DNA from: Candidatus Thorarchaeota archaeon
GTDB lineage: Archaea > Asgardarchaeota > Thorarchaeia > Thorarchaeales > Thorarchaeaceae
DNA length: 43,134 bases
Assembly: GCA_030593165.1 (NCBI GenBank)
Contig: JAUVHR010000002.1
Coordinates: 1 to 43,134, forward strand
Reading direction: 5' to 3'
The notes beneath the pieces are model-generated. The model had not been told where the DNA came from and made no database searches. It saw only the letters and a list, made by a program, of their open reading frames with translations. Positions 27,758 to 35,668 of this stretch are shown one piece after another (the first letter of the stretch is position 1; every line of letters begins with the position of its first letter). The translations under genes and the position numbers were made by a program.

Positions 27758-27899
27758 AATTGACTCACGCCTAGAGTTGGGCTGGTATGTGCTGGATGCG
27801 AGAGCGACATTAGCGCCCATATTAAAAGTTTGCAGCAAGACAACAATAGATTCTCTCAGAAATACTAGTTGTTGTTCAAGTCGTCTAATGAATAGGAGT

Positions 27900-28157
27900 C
27901 TAAGGCCATGATTTGCTTGGTTCAGAAACCTCATCTGGGAGTCCTTTTTCATTGATAAGTCGCAGTAATATCATGACCCCAGCGAAGATTGAAACCTCAT
28001 ATAATAGAATGTAAATAATGTTATAGCTACTTAGTGGATATATCAGTGCTCCACTGATTGCGAGAGAAATGCATATTATTGCGCATAGGAGTATGAGCCA
28101 ATTGATTCTCGCCATGAGTGAATTGTGTGTTTCCACCTTCTTATGCATTTCGAGCAT
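27900..28157 (-). CDS. Small hypothetical membrane protein
   Basis: 85 aa with two hydrophobic helices. It overlaps the upstream ORF's end. Confidence 0.35.
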   Translation of the reverse strand: MLEMHKKVETHNSLMARINWLILLCAIICISLAISGALIYPLSSYNIIYILLYEVSIFAGVMILLRLINEKGLPDEVSEPSKSWP

Positions 28158-28437
28158 GCTCTAGTATCTCGACCAGCTGTAATCTCAAACTCTCATGTCG
28201 CTTCATCATATTGCTGTGAGTTTCCTCTGCCATCTTCAGTAAATATCCGACTAAGTTCTCAGGACTACCATGTAGTGCGGCTAGTGTGCTCTTGTTGCTT
28301 TCCAGTAGAAGTCGAAGACCCCCGGTGAGTGCCACATTGAATCTTTGATGTTCTTGTTGGATATCATCTCGTGTCTTAGCTATGGTTTCTAGGACAATTG
28401 CAAGCTGGTCGATTATCGCATCGTCTGGCATTTTCAA
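28141..28437 (-). CDS. Hypothetical helical protein, translationally coupled to the GINS gene
   Basis: 98 aa, with a 4-nt overlap with the GINS stop. Confidence 0.45.
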   Translation of the reverse strand: MKMPDDAIIDQLAIVLETIAKTRDDIQQEHQRFNVALTGGLRLLLESNKSTLAALHGSPENLVGYLLKMAEETHSNMMKRHESLRLQLVEILEHARNA

Positions 28438-29048
28438 TCACCGATATCATCAATCATAACGCGAACAGCAATTTGCTGGTTAATCCAAACCAGTGCAGTA
28501 GATGATGGAATTCTAGCGATATCTTCCCGTTTGTATGGTCCATACACTTTCCCATCAAGACCTTCGGCTGGAGTGTCTGTGGGTTCGAGAAATCTTACAG
28601 TTACATAGTCTATCTCTTCGAGGTCATCTGTTTCGCCATCATAGCTCTTACCAGGTACTGTTTTCTTACCTCTAGTCTTTTGCTGAACACCTCTCAGGGA
28701 ATCATTAACGAATTCAAGATGGCCGTTGATACCCCGACTCAAACGGCTATGGAGCTCCTCTTCGAGTAAGGTCATGATTCCCTGGGGTCTACGTACCTCG
28801 AGAACAGCCTTCAAGATCTTGTCTCTTCTAATCATCAAGAGGTCCCTCATCATGAACTCCAAGTTTTGGCCCTCTTGGTTGAGGAGGTCTGACTGTAATT
28901 CATCCTCTGTTTCAGCAAGCTGGAGCCGAACCTTGGAGAGATAGTCAATCATTCTCCTCAGACGAAGATCTTGTAAATCTTGGAGACGTTCGGTTTCCAC
29001 CTCTAGTTCCCATGCCTCTTGGATATTCTCGTATTTTATCTCACTCAA
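28434..29048 (-). CDS. gins51: GINS complex subunit (Gins51/Gins15 type)
   Basis: 204 aa. It has a helical A-domain followed by a C-terminal B-domain-like block, 'VRFLEPTDTPAEGLDGKVYGPYKREDIARIP'. It lies immediately downstream of priS, a conserved archaeal gene pairing. Confidence 0.65.
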   Translation of the reverse strand: MSEIKYENIQEAWELEVETERLQDLQDLRLRRMIDYLSKVRLQLAETEDELQSDLLNQEGQNLEFMMRDLLMIRRDKILKAVLEVRRPQGIMTLLEEELHSRLSRGINGHLEFVNDSLRGVQQKTRGKKTVPGKSYDGETDDLEEIDYVTVRFLEPTDTPAEGLDGKVYGPYKREDIARIPSSTALVWINQQIAVRVMIDDIGD

Positions 29049-30420
29049 TTCCTGCCACTCCCTTGCATAGCAAGAAGACTGCTACATCTATTGGAATCTC
29101 GACCTTCTCGTCACCATAGGGTCCGTAGAACTCTTCACCAATCCTGAATCTTGGCACTTTTACTAGTCCGCCTAGAATACTTACCTTCATTTCACCCTCG
29201 CCAAATGCGAGAGCGTCTTTGAATGGATTAAAAGAGTTCGTTTCATCACGTGTAAGTGAGGTCACCGTGAATCCTGTCTTGCCGTTGATACTCCCAATCA
29301 GCCTAATTACTCTATGAAGATCGTGGGTGACGGGTACATCGATTTCTCCACCATATAGTAAAACAGCCTTACTGGCAATCTCTTGCCATGACTTCGTTCC
29401 CACACCGCTCACTCTAGAACTCAGAAGTGGAGGATTACTGGCAAGTCCTTTCAATGCTGCATCCTTTTGTTTTCTGAGAGCTTCCACCCAACGTTCAAGA
29501 CCATCATATGCATCAATATCCCTCACAAACTTGGCTATGGCATCTGCAGTCTTGCCAGCCCATCCAAGAGCCATTCTATCTGGAATGACTGTGGCTGGGC
29601 CTCTCTGGACCACGTACTTGTCGCTGCTGAATCCAAGACCGGTAATATGATGAATTATCTCCATCCGAGCATCTTGGTCCAGTCTGTAGACCTTGGAATC
29701 CCGTACACGGAGATGATAACCGCGATGTCCACTGTAGTTCAGCTGGATAGTTTCTGGAGGAATGCCTAAATCCTGAACCAAGAACTCATCGAATATCTTC
29801 AACGTGTTTTGTTTGGCGTCTTCAAGACAACTATCACAAATCCACTTTCTGGTGCTGAAACTCTCATTTCCGCATTTAGGGCAACCATCACTAGGAGAAT
29901 TGCCGGTTCCTGCTTCGTCACAATGTGGGGTGTTACATTTCCATGCATCATGTTCCTCAGAACATGCTAGTCCAAGATGGTCAGCATCAATGTCGAAGAC
30001 TAGTTCGGCACTCTGCCACTCCTTTTCGTCCATGTTGCGAGCAACTGGATAACCATAGAATGCTGCAGAGTGGTATACACTGTGTGGGGTGCGTACTTGG
30101 AGATCCTTGATGAGGGCATTTCTGGTACGGAATCCGATGGGACGAACCCATTTCGATGAATCGCTCAGGGGAGTACCGCAGAAGGGACATTTCTTGACTT
30201 GGATCGATGACAGACCGGATCTTCCACAGCCACTGGTTGTTTCGCCCCCATTTGGTATGTGCTCTGTACGTACAGGACATCTCCAAGGGTAGTCCCATCT
30301 CTCAAATGCAAACTCACGCATGTGTACCTTATCGGGCAGATCAACTCCGTCCGGATTCTTGAGATAATACTCTTGGAACTTCAATCGCAGGAAGTCGTTC
30401 TCTCTTATGCTTCTAGGCAT
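29041..30420 (-). CDS. priS: DNA primase catalytic (small) subunit PriS
   Basis: The AEP catalytic block 'ELVFDIDADH' and 'YSGHRGYHLRV' are present, with Cys-rich Zn inserts ('CPFCGT', 'CPKCGN'). 459 aa. Confidence 0.85.
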   Translation of the reverse strand: MPRSIRENDFLRLKFQEYYLKNPDGVDLPDKVHMREFAFERWDYPWRCPVRTEHIPNGGETTSGCGRSGLSSIQVKKCPFCGTPLSDSSKWVRPIGFRTRNALIKDLQVRTPHSVYHSAAFYGYPVARNMDEKEWQSAELVFDIDADHLGLACSEEHDAWKCNTPHCDEAGTGNSPSDGCPKCGNESFSTRKWICDSCLEDAKQNTLKIFDEFLVQDLGIPPETIQLNYSGHRGYHLRVRDSKVYRLDQDARMEIIHHITGLGFSSDKYVVQRGPATVIPDRMALGWAGKTADAIAKFVRDIDAYDGLERWVEALRKQKDAALKGLASNPPLLSSRVSGVGTKSWQEIASKAVLLYGGEIDVPVTHDLHRVIRLIGSINGKTGFTVTSLTRDETNSFNPFKDALAFGEGEMKVSILGGLVKVPRFRIGEEFYGPYGDEKVEIPIDVAVFLLCKGVAGIE

Positions 30421-30511
30421 TTTGCCCTGTCCCTTCAGTAGACATTTTCAGTAGAGTGTTCCAATCTGGAATTTTGTGTGCCGCAACCGCTTCGAAAAGA
30501 GTTGTTTTGCA

Positions 30512-31270
30512 CTATCGTCGCTCCACTCGTGGTGCAAGGATGAAGTTTATTGTTCCGGTTTCAGCTATTGAGAATTCTAGCATTATCGGTTTGCTAGTAC
30601 TGAACTGCAATATTATGCTGTCACTAGACATGGCCTTGATAATCTCGGAGAGGTAGTTCAAAGCATAGATTGCCTGTGATGGCTTCTTCACCCCTAAGTC
30701 AAATAAGTTCGCGTCGTCACCTACTTTCAAAGATACCTCTGCTTCACCTGTATCGCCCTCACCAGCGAAGACGAGTACGTCATTTTCTGCCTTGATTTTT
30801 ATGTGAATTGAAACCACTCCTATGTCTTTCACTGCCTGTTTGAATGCCTCGGAATACATCTCGGCCTTCACATCAAAGTCAAGGGTAGGTTTCTTTCCTC
30901 TACTATCAGGAGGTGAGAGTAGCTGTAGCTTGAAAGTTCGTTCAGCAGGTCCAACCATCCTAATCTCGAATCGTTGGTCATCTGTATCGAGATTGAATTC
31001 CAGTTTATCGTCTACACCCATCCGCTTGCTTACTTTGACTAGTTCATCAACGCCTAAGCAGACTTCATGTGATCCTTTGCAGCTATATTCTTGAAAGACT
31101 GCACTGGGAAGTTTCAGGTCAATCATTGCTGCTTTTGCTGGGTCAAACTGCCTCAACGAGAATCCTTTCTCGTCTATTATGAAGAGAGCCTCTGTAAGCA
31201 GAGTGGCAAGAGCATCCACAATCTGCTTCCAAGTCTTGCTACTATCTAGGGTTGCATGAAACAAATCCAT
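30512..31270 (-). CDS. pcn: DNA polymerase sliding clamp (PCNA)
   Basis: 252 aa. The profile is PCNA-like throughout ('FKQIVDAL'-type N-terminus, 'LEFSIAETGTINFILAPRVE' C-terminus). Confidence 0.85.
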   Translation of the reverse strand: MDLFHATLDSSKTWKQIVDALATLLTEALFIIDEKGFSLRQFDPAKAAMIDLKLPSAVFQEYSCKGSHEVCLGVDELVKVSKRMGVDDKLEFNLDTDDQRFEIRMVGPAERTFKLQLLSPPDSRGKKPTLDFDVKAEMYSEAFKQAVKDIGVVSIHIKIKAENDVLVFAGEGDTGEAEVSLKVGDDANLFDLGVKKPSQAIYALNYLSEIIKAMSSDSIILQFSTSKPIMLEFSIAETGTINFILAPRVERR

Positions 31271-31277
31271 TCCTCCG

Positions 31278-31673
31278 TTAGCGGGACATTGTTCGAACTA
31301 GTTCAGCCTCTAGTTCCATAGCCTCCTTATACAGTTTGATGTCTAATGAGTTAATGTTATGTGCTATGGAAACATCCAGTCTTATCTCCTTACCGCCGGA
31401 TGTCTTCCTCTCAATGATGTTTCCAATCAGTAGATATTTCTCATCGGCGACCAGTGTGCCTTCAACCAATACCCAGATTGATTTGGCCTTGTCTACATCA
31501 TCATAGATGTCCTGTACCAACGCACTTCCGGAATCCGGCCTGAGAACTATTCCTAGAATTCTTACGGAACCGGGGATATCTGCTGACAGATTCCTCACTC
31601 TCATAAGTGGTGCATGCGGCGTTCGGGGGTATTTTTTCTCCTCAGTCAATGCAATAGCACCATCAAACGTCAT
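31278..31673 (-). CDS. Small OB-fold-like protein (RPA3/RPA14-like?)
   Basis: The start is taken at ATG 31673 to avoid overlapping tfs. It has a beta-rich core and a C-terminal helix, 'LDIKLYKEAMELEAEL'. The resemblance to RPA3 is by eye only. Confidence 0.4.
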   Translation of the reverse strand: MTFDGAIALTEEKKYPRTPHAPLMRVRNLSADIPGSVRILGIVLRPDSGSALVQDIYDDVDKAKSIWVLVEGTLVADEKYLLIGNIIERKTSGGKEIRLDVSIAHNINSLDIKLYKEAMELEAELVRTMSR

Positions 31674-31717
31674 TCGGTGACGGAGTGATAATAAGTCCAC
31701 CGTTGAACTGCTGAACG

Positions 31718-32089
31718 TTAGCCACCGTAGTTGCGCCACGTTGCCTTACACTTTGTGCATCTATAGAATTCTGTTGCCCCTTCATCGCCACGTCTGGTCT
31801 GTACAGTCCAATAGTATGCCTCATTGTGACCACACTTGGGACATGCGGCAGATGTAGTTGGCATGGGAAGCGAGTCATCTTCGACGATGACGATCTTATC
31901 GCGTGGCGTTCTGTCAACCTTTTGAGATACGGTCAACCTACCTACAATCTCTTTAGTGTGCCCACAGCTACGGCATTTCAAAACCCTAGTATCATCTTCT
32001 GTCGTTGTAGGGGCCATCATTGAACCACATTTTTCACAAAATTCCAAGTTCCATTTCTCCGTTTCTCGTTCGTGGTGGGTCCTAGTCAA
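31718..32089 (-). CDS. tfs: Transcription factor S (TFS / RpoM family)
   Basis: An N-terminal Zn ribbon ('CEKCGS..CRSCGH') and a C-terminal TFIIS-type ribbon ('CPKCGHNEAYYWTVQTRRGDEGATEFYRCTKC'). Confidence 0.85.
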   Translation of the reverse strand: MTRTHHERETEKWNLEFCEKCGSMMAPTTTEDDTRVLKCRSCGHTKEIVGRLTVSQKVDRTPRDKIVIVEDDSLPMPTTSAACPKCGHNEAYYWTVQTRRGDEGATEFYRCTKCKATWRNYGG

Positions 32090-32105
32090 TTAAGCATTGT
32101 GACGG

Positions 32106-32543
32106 CTATGTTTTGTTTCTAGAGGCGTTCATTTCAGGAAGGCAATCAATGTAGTATTCGAGAAGCTTATGGAATGCTTCAGACGACACTTCTACCTCTG
32201 CTTTTCTGCTGGTCTGAGTATCAATGTCAAGGGATTCACGGAGAATAGTCACCATCTCTTCGATTGTGGCCTTTCCAGTCAGCCAGAGATAGGCCATTAT
32301 TGCTTCATAGGCATCTCCCGCTACACCTGCGTCTGTCCTATGACCTATGTATTGATAGACTGAAGTTGTGCGAATAGCGCGCGCAAGTACACGGTCGCGT
32401 ACTTTCTCGCCGGTAGCTGAATCCAGCACTAAGGACTTTGCAAGTGAGTAACAAAGATTGACCAAGCTATCGCCCAGCTTGGCAAGTCCTTTGTCTCTCA
32501 TCACTCCATCGACGCTGTCGTGCTTAACGAGAGAGTTCCACAT
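32106..32543 (-). CDS. RNase III-domain (mini-III-like) protein
   Basis: 'LAKLGDSLVNLCYSLA' and 'AGDAYEAIMAYLWL' resemble the two RNase III signature blocks. The start is taken at ATG 32543 to avoid overlapping rpoL. Confidence 0.45.
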   Translation of the reverse strand: MWNSLVKHDSVDGVMRDKGLAKLGDSLVNLCYSLAKSLVLDSATGEKVRDRVLARAIRTTSVYQYIGHRTDAGVAGDAYEAIMAYLWLTGKATIEEMVTILRESLDIDTQTSRKAEVEVSSEAFHKLLEYYIDCLPEMNASRNKT

Positions 32544-32574
32544 TCCGAAACCTCTCTTCCTGTTGTGGCGCCAA

Positions 32575-32865
32575 TCAGTCGACACTGTGGTCGGATACTG
32601 ATTGGTTGAATTTCTTGCGAAACTCTTCAGTTCTTGCAAGCATGGTTTCAAGGCTTTCTCTTAGCACAACATTGGCCTGCCGCTTCTTAGTTCTAATCGT
32701 CACGATTGGACTTGAGAGAAGAGGATGGTCGATGTTGTAACCCGCGAACTCAACTGATGGCATCTCCAATAGTGTCTTTCTCAGGAAGTTGCAAAAGGCA
32801 TGACCCTCCCCTTGGTATTCAATCTTCAGCTCGTGTCTGGCTTTCTCAATAAGTCGTGGCTTCAT
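32575..32865 (-). CDS. rpoL: DNA-directed RNA polymerase subunit L (Rpo11)
   Basis: 96 aa. 'LKIEYQGEGHAFCNFLRKTLLEMPSVEFAGYNIDHPL' is typical of RpoL/Rpb11. Confidence 0.8.
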   Translation of the reverse strand: MKPRLIEKARHELKIEYQGEGHAFCNFLRKTLLEMPSVEFAGYNIDHPLLSSPIVTIRTKKRQANVVLRESLETMLARTEEFRKKFNQSVSDHSVD

Positions 32866-32867
32866 CT

Positions 32868-33617
32868 CTATCGTCTCCCGCGTTCACGCCCTCTGTAAGA
32901 ATCGCTTCGGCCCCGTCTGTCGGAAAACCTTCCGTCACGACGGTCCCCATCCCGGCTAGGACTTCTACGATCATAACGTCGGTCGTCATCCCGTCCGCCA
33001 TAAGACCTTCTACGTGGGGCAAGATCCGGTCGGGGCTCGAGACCAAAAGACCTTCCATAGTCATTGGTGACCTCCCGGGTTTCTCGATTCTCGCACCTCA
33101 GGCAGAACATATTGTTGTGTGTAGTAAGTGTGAGTTCATTTCCGCATCTCCGACATTTCCCCTGAATAACACCCAAGTCTGGACCAACTATACTCAGACG
33201 AACAGGAATCTGATGCGTGTCTAGGGCAATAGCCCTGACTATGTCCCCAGGTTGAAGTACGTCAAGCATCGACTTAACGAAACGTCTAGTGACGTTGCTA
33301 ATATGAAGTTCTCCAATGATGGGTTTCAAGACATTCTCTCCGTTTCGTTTGACAGCTCTAATCTCTGCACGTTGGTCATATGCAAGGGTCACCCGTCCCA
33401 CCAGAATATCACCCTTAACCGGCAGAGCGAGCTGCATGCTGCCATCGGGATTCATAACCCTAATGCTGCGTTCCTTGAGGTCTATTGCACACTCGCCAAA
33501 TGTGGCTGCGTATACAATTCCATCCGATTCGTATGTACCAAAGCTAGGAATCAGTTCTTCTATTACACAAAGTTGATCCCCGGGTACTACTATGTCACCG
33601 CTCTTTACATCAGCCAT
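32868..33617 (-). CDS. csl4: Exosome complex RNA-binding subunit Csl4 with an Arg-rich C-terminal tail
   Basis: N-terminal 'VVPGDQLCVIEE', a central S1-like domain, and a Zn ribbon 'CRRCGNEL..CLRCEN'. A ~55-aa R/D/G/S-rich tail follows. Confidence 0.8.
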   Translation of the reverse strand: MADVKSGDIVVPGDQLCVIEELIPSFGTYESDGIVYAATFGECAIDLKERSIRVMNPDGSMQLALPVKGDILVGRVTLAYDQRAEIRAVKRNGENVLKPIIGELHISNVTRRFVKSMLDVLQPGDIVRAIALDTHQIPVRLSIVGPDLGVIQGKCRRCGNELTLTTHNNMFCLRCENRETREVTNDYGRSFGLEPRPDLAPRRRSYGGRDDDRRYDRRSPSRDGDRRDGRFSDRRGRSDSYRGRERGRR

Positions 33618-34257
33618 CTATATCTCTTCCATTCGTACATATGCGGTAAAGGTCCACTCTTGTCAGGTGCTTCTCCTTTGTGTGAAACTTGTATAGTTTC
33701 GGGATTGGGAACTCGAAGGTTTCGATTTGGGACACGCTTCCTCCTAGATTCTCAATTTTCTTGATTAGGAACTCTCTGTTTTTTTCGCCCGCGAGATGTA
33801 TGCTGTATATTACACTCGCAATCGCCATTGCCATACTCAGGAAGACGATGTCTGCACCCTTCTTCTTGACTCCAAAGGGCGGGTTACTCAGTACAGTATC
33901 CACAGGACCCTTCAGCATTCTAGATGAAACGTCCCCTAAGATGAAGTCTATGGTGTCTTCAGTCCCGAGTAGGGTTGAGTTCCTTTGTGCTTCCTTTAAG
34001 GCTTTGGATTGAACATCTATAGCAATAACTCGTTTTGCTCCCAGCAGAGCTGCACCAATCGCGAAAATGCCATCTCCACAACCCAAATCACAAACTACTC
34101 TGTTGGTCACATCATTATGCTCCATCTGGGCTGCATAGAGAATAGATGCCGCGACCTTGGCGGGCGTGGGGTATTGCTCTAGTGAAACATCGAGATTCGT
34201 TAGCCGATTCATTGACTGTAACTGAATCTCTAATTCTCTGAGCCGCAATATGATCAC
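33610..34257 (-). CDS. SAM-dependent N6-adenine RNA methyltransferase (METTL5-like, COG2263-type)
   Basis: Motif I is 'VCDLGCGDGIFAIGA' and motif IV is 'LSNPPFG'. It overlaps the csl4 start by 8 nt. Confidence 0.75.
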   Translation of the reverse strand: MIILRLRELEIQLQSMNRLTNLDVSLEQYPTPAKVAASILYAAQMEHNDVTNRVVCDLGCGDGIFAIGAALLGAKRVIAIDVQSKALKEAQRNSTLLGTEDTIDFILGDVSSRMLKGPVDTVLSNPPFGVKKKGADIVFLSMAMAIASVIYSIHLAGEKNREFLIKKIENLGGSVSQIETFEFPIPKLYKFHTKEKHLTRVDLYRICTNGRDIDG

Positions 34258-34327
34258 CTTATTGTCACATTATGTGTCCTCAAGAACTATGCGGCTTCTT
34301 GAAGTAATACCTAGCTTTATGTGTTAG

Positions 34328-34369
34328 GTTCCAGTGGAAGTAGATGTTCCAGTGGAAATCCAGTGGAAC
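34328..34369 (+). promoter_or_regulatory. Three direct ORB/mini-ORB-like repeats (Orc1/Cdc6 binding sites; candidate oriC or orc1 operator)
   Basis: GTTCCAGTGGAAG (34328-34340), GTTCCAGTGGAAA (34346-34358) and TCCAGTGGAAC (34359-34369) all point toward orc1, about 35-75 nt upstream of the GTG at 34402. Confidence 0.7.
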
Positions 34370-34401
34370 TGCCCTTTTCTTCGGATGGAGGTAGGCGAAC
34401 A

Positions 34402-35661
34402 GTGACGAATCCACCAAAACTCGACAAGCTTTTTGACAAGTTCCTGCAAGGCCAAAACATTTTCAAAGATAGGAATGCACTGCGTCCGACTTATGTGCCT
34501 GCTGAACTACCATTCCGTGATGAACAGATGAATCGGATTGGTTCGATTCTTGGTCCGAGCCTGCGTGGCGCACCCCCCTCAAACATACTTTGCTATGGTA
34601 AGACTGGCACGGGAAAGACAGTTGTGGCTAGATACGTGCTTGATATGTTGGTTCAGAAAGCTCAGCAGAGTGGTGTCAAAGCGCCCCTGAAAGCTATTGT
34701 GAACTGTCGTATTGTGGGAACAAACTACCGTGTTCTTAGAGCACTATGTGAAAGCGTTAATGCAAGGATGCCTGATGGGTCCGAGGTACCCTTTACTGGC
34801 CTTCCAACTGATGAGATTAGATCAATACTGAAGAAGAAGCTTGACCGTGAACCGAATATACTGGTAGTGGTTCTTGACGAGGTGGACAGCCTTGTCAAAC
34901 GTGATATTGGACAGGGCAATGACATTCTCTACGGTCTCACACGGATGAATAGTGAGCTAGAGAACAGCAGAGTTTCAATGATTGGTATAAGCAACGACTT
35001 GACATTCAAGGAAATGCTCGACCCACGGGTACTATCTACTCTAGGGGAGGAGGAAGTTGTCTTTCCTCCATACAATGCTGTTCAGCTGCGTGGCATTCTA
35101 GAACAGAGAGTACAACTCGCCTTTAATGAGGACGCTATTGCAGATGAAGGCGTGATAGGCCTCGTAGGCGCCCTTGCAGCGCAGGAGCATGGGGACGCAA
35201 GAAGAGCACTTGATCTTCTAAGAACCGCAGGAGAACTTGCCGAACGGCGGGGAGATGACAAGGTAACGCAAGATCATGTTCGTGAAGGACAAAAGCTAAT
35301 CGAAAGAGATACAGTCACTGAAACTGTGAAAACCCTGCCTTTACAATCGAGAGCCGTTTTGTTTGCTGTCTATGCTCTCTCAAGTAGTGGCAAACGAGAG
35401 GTGTTCACTGGTGAGGTCTACAACGCATACGAGGATATTGCAAAAGCTCTGTCACTGGATACGCTCACGCAACGAAGAGTAAGTGACCTAATCAGTGAAC
35501 TCGATATGCTTGGTCTCATTAATACTACTGTCATCTCAAAGGGCAGATATGGGCGTACCAAGAAGATTCGCTTGGCAGTCAGCAAGCGCCAAATCGGAGC
35601 TATTCTTGATGAGGATGTCAGACTGAGCATATTGGCAAAAGATCTTTTTGACCAAGAGTGA
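34402..35661 (+). CDS. orc1: Orc1/Cdc6 replication initiator
   Basis: Walker A 'GKTGTGKT', Walker B 'VVVLDEVD' and a C-terminal winged helix. The start is taken at GTG 34402, which has GGAGGT about 9 nt upstream. The longest ORF (from 34321) would translate through the ORB repeats. Confidence 0.85.
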   Translation: MTNPPKLDKLFDKFLQGQNIFKDRNALRPTYVPAELPFRDEQMNRIGSILGPSLRGAPPSNILCYGKTGTGKTVVARYVLDMLVQKAQQSGVKAPLKAIVNCRIVGTNYRVLRALCESVNARMPDGSEVPFTGLPTDEIRSILKKKLDREPNILVVVLDEVDSLVKRDIGQGNDILYGLTRMNSELENSRVSMIGISNDLTFKEMLDPRVLSTLGEEEVVFPPYNAVQLRGILEQRVQLAFNEDAIADEGVIGLVGALAAQEHGDARRALDLLRTAGELAERRGDDKVTQDHVREGQKLIERDTVTETVKTLPLQSRAVLFAVYALSSSGKREVFTGEVYNAYEDIAKALSLDTLTQRRVSDLISELDMLGLINTTVISKGRYGRTKKIRLAVSKRQIGAILDEDVRLSILAKDLFDQE

Positions 35662-35668
35662 AGAACTA

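Noticed and set aside
27758-27952. N-terminal extensions of longest-ORF calls: hdrC to 27952, DP1 to 37462, the PhoU-like gene from 37363, the RNase III-like gene to 32651, the OB protein to 31739 and orc1 from 34321.
   Set aside because: The extensions overlap neighbouring genes or regulatory repeats, lack family-like sequence, and internal starts restore typical N-termini. The internal start for orc1 has an SD-like box.
30434-30455. Direct repeat TTCAGTAGA x2 (30434-30442 and 30447-30455) between PCNA and priS.
   Set aside because: It is short, has only two copies and has no recognisable consensus. It could be a promoter feature for priS, but the evidence is too weak to call.
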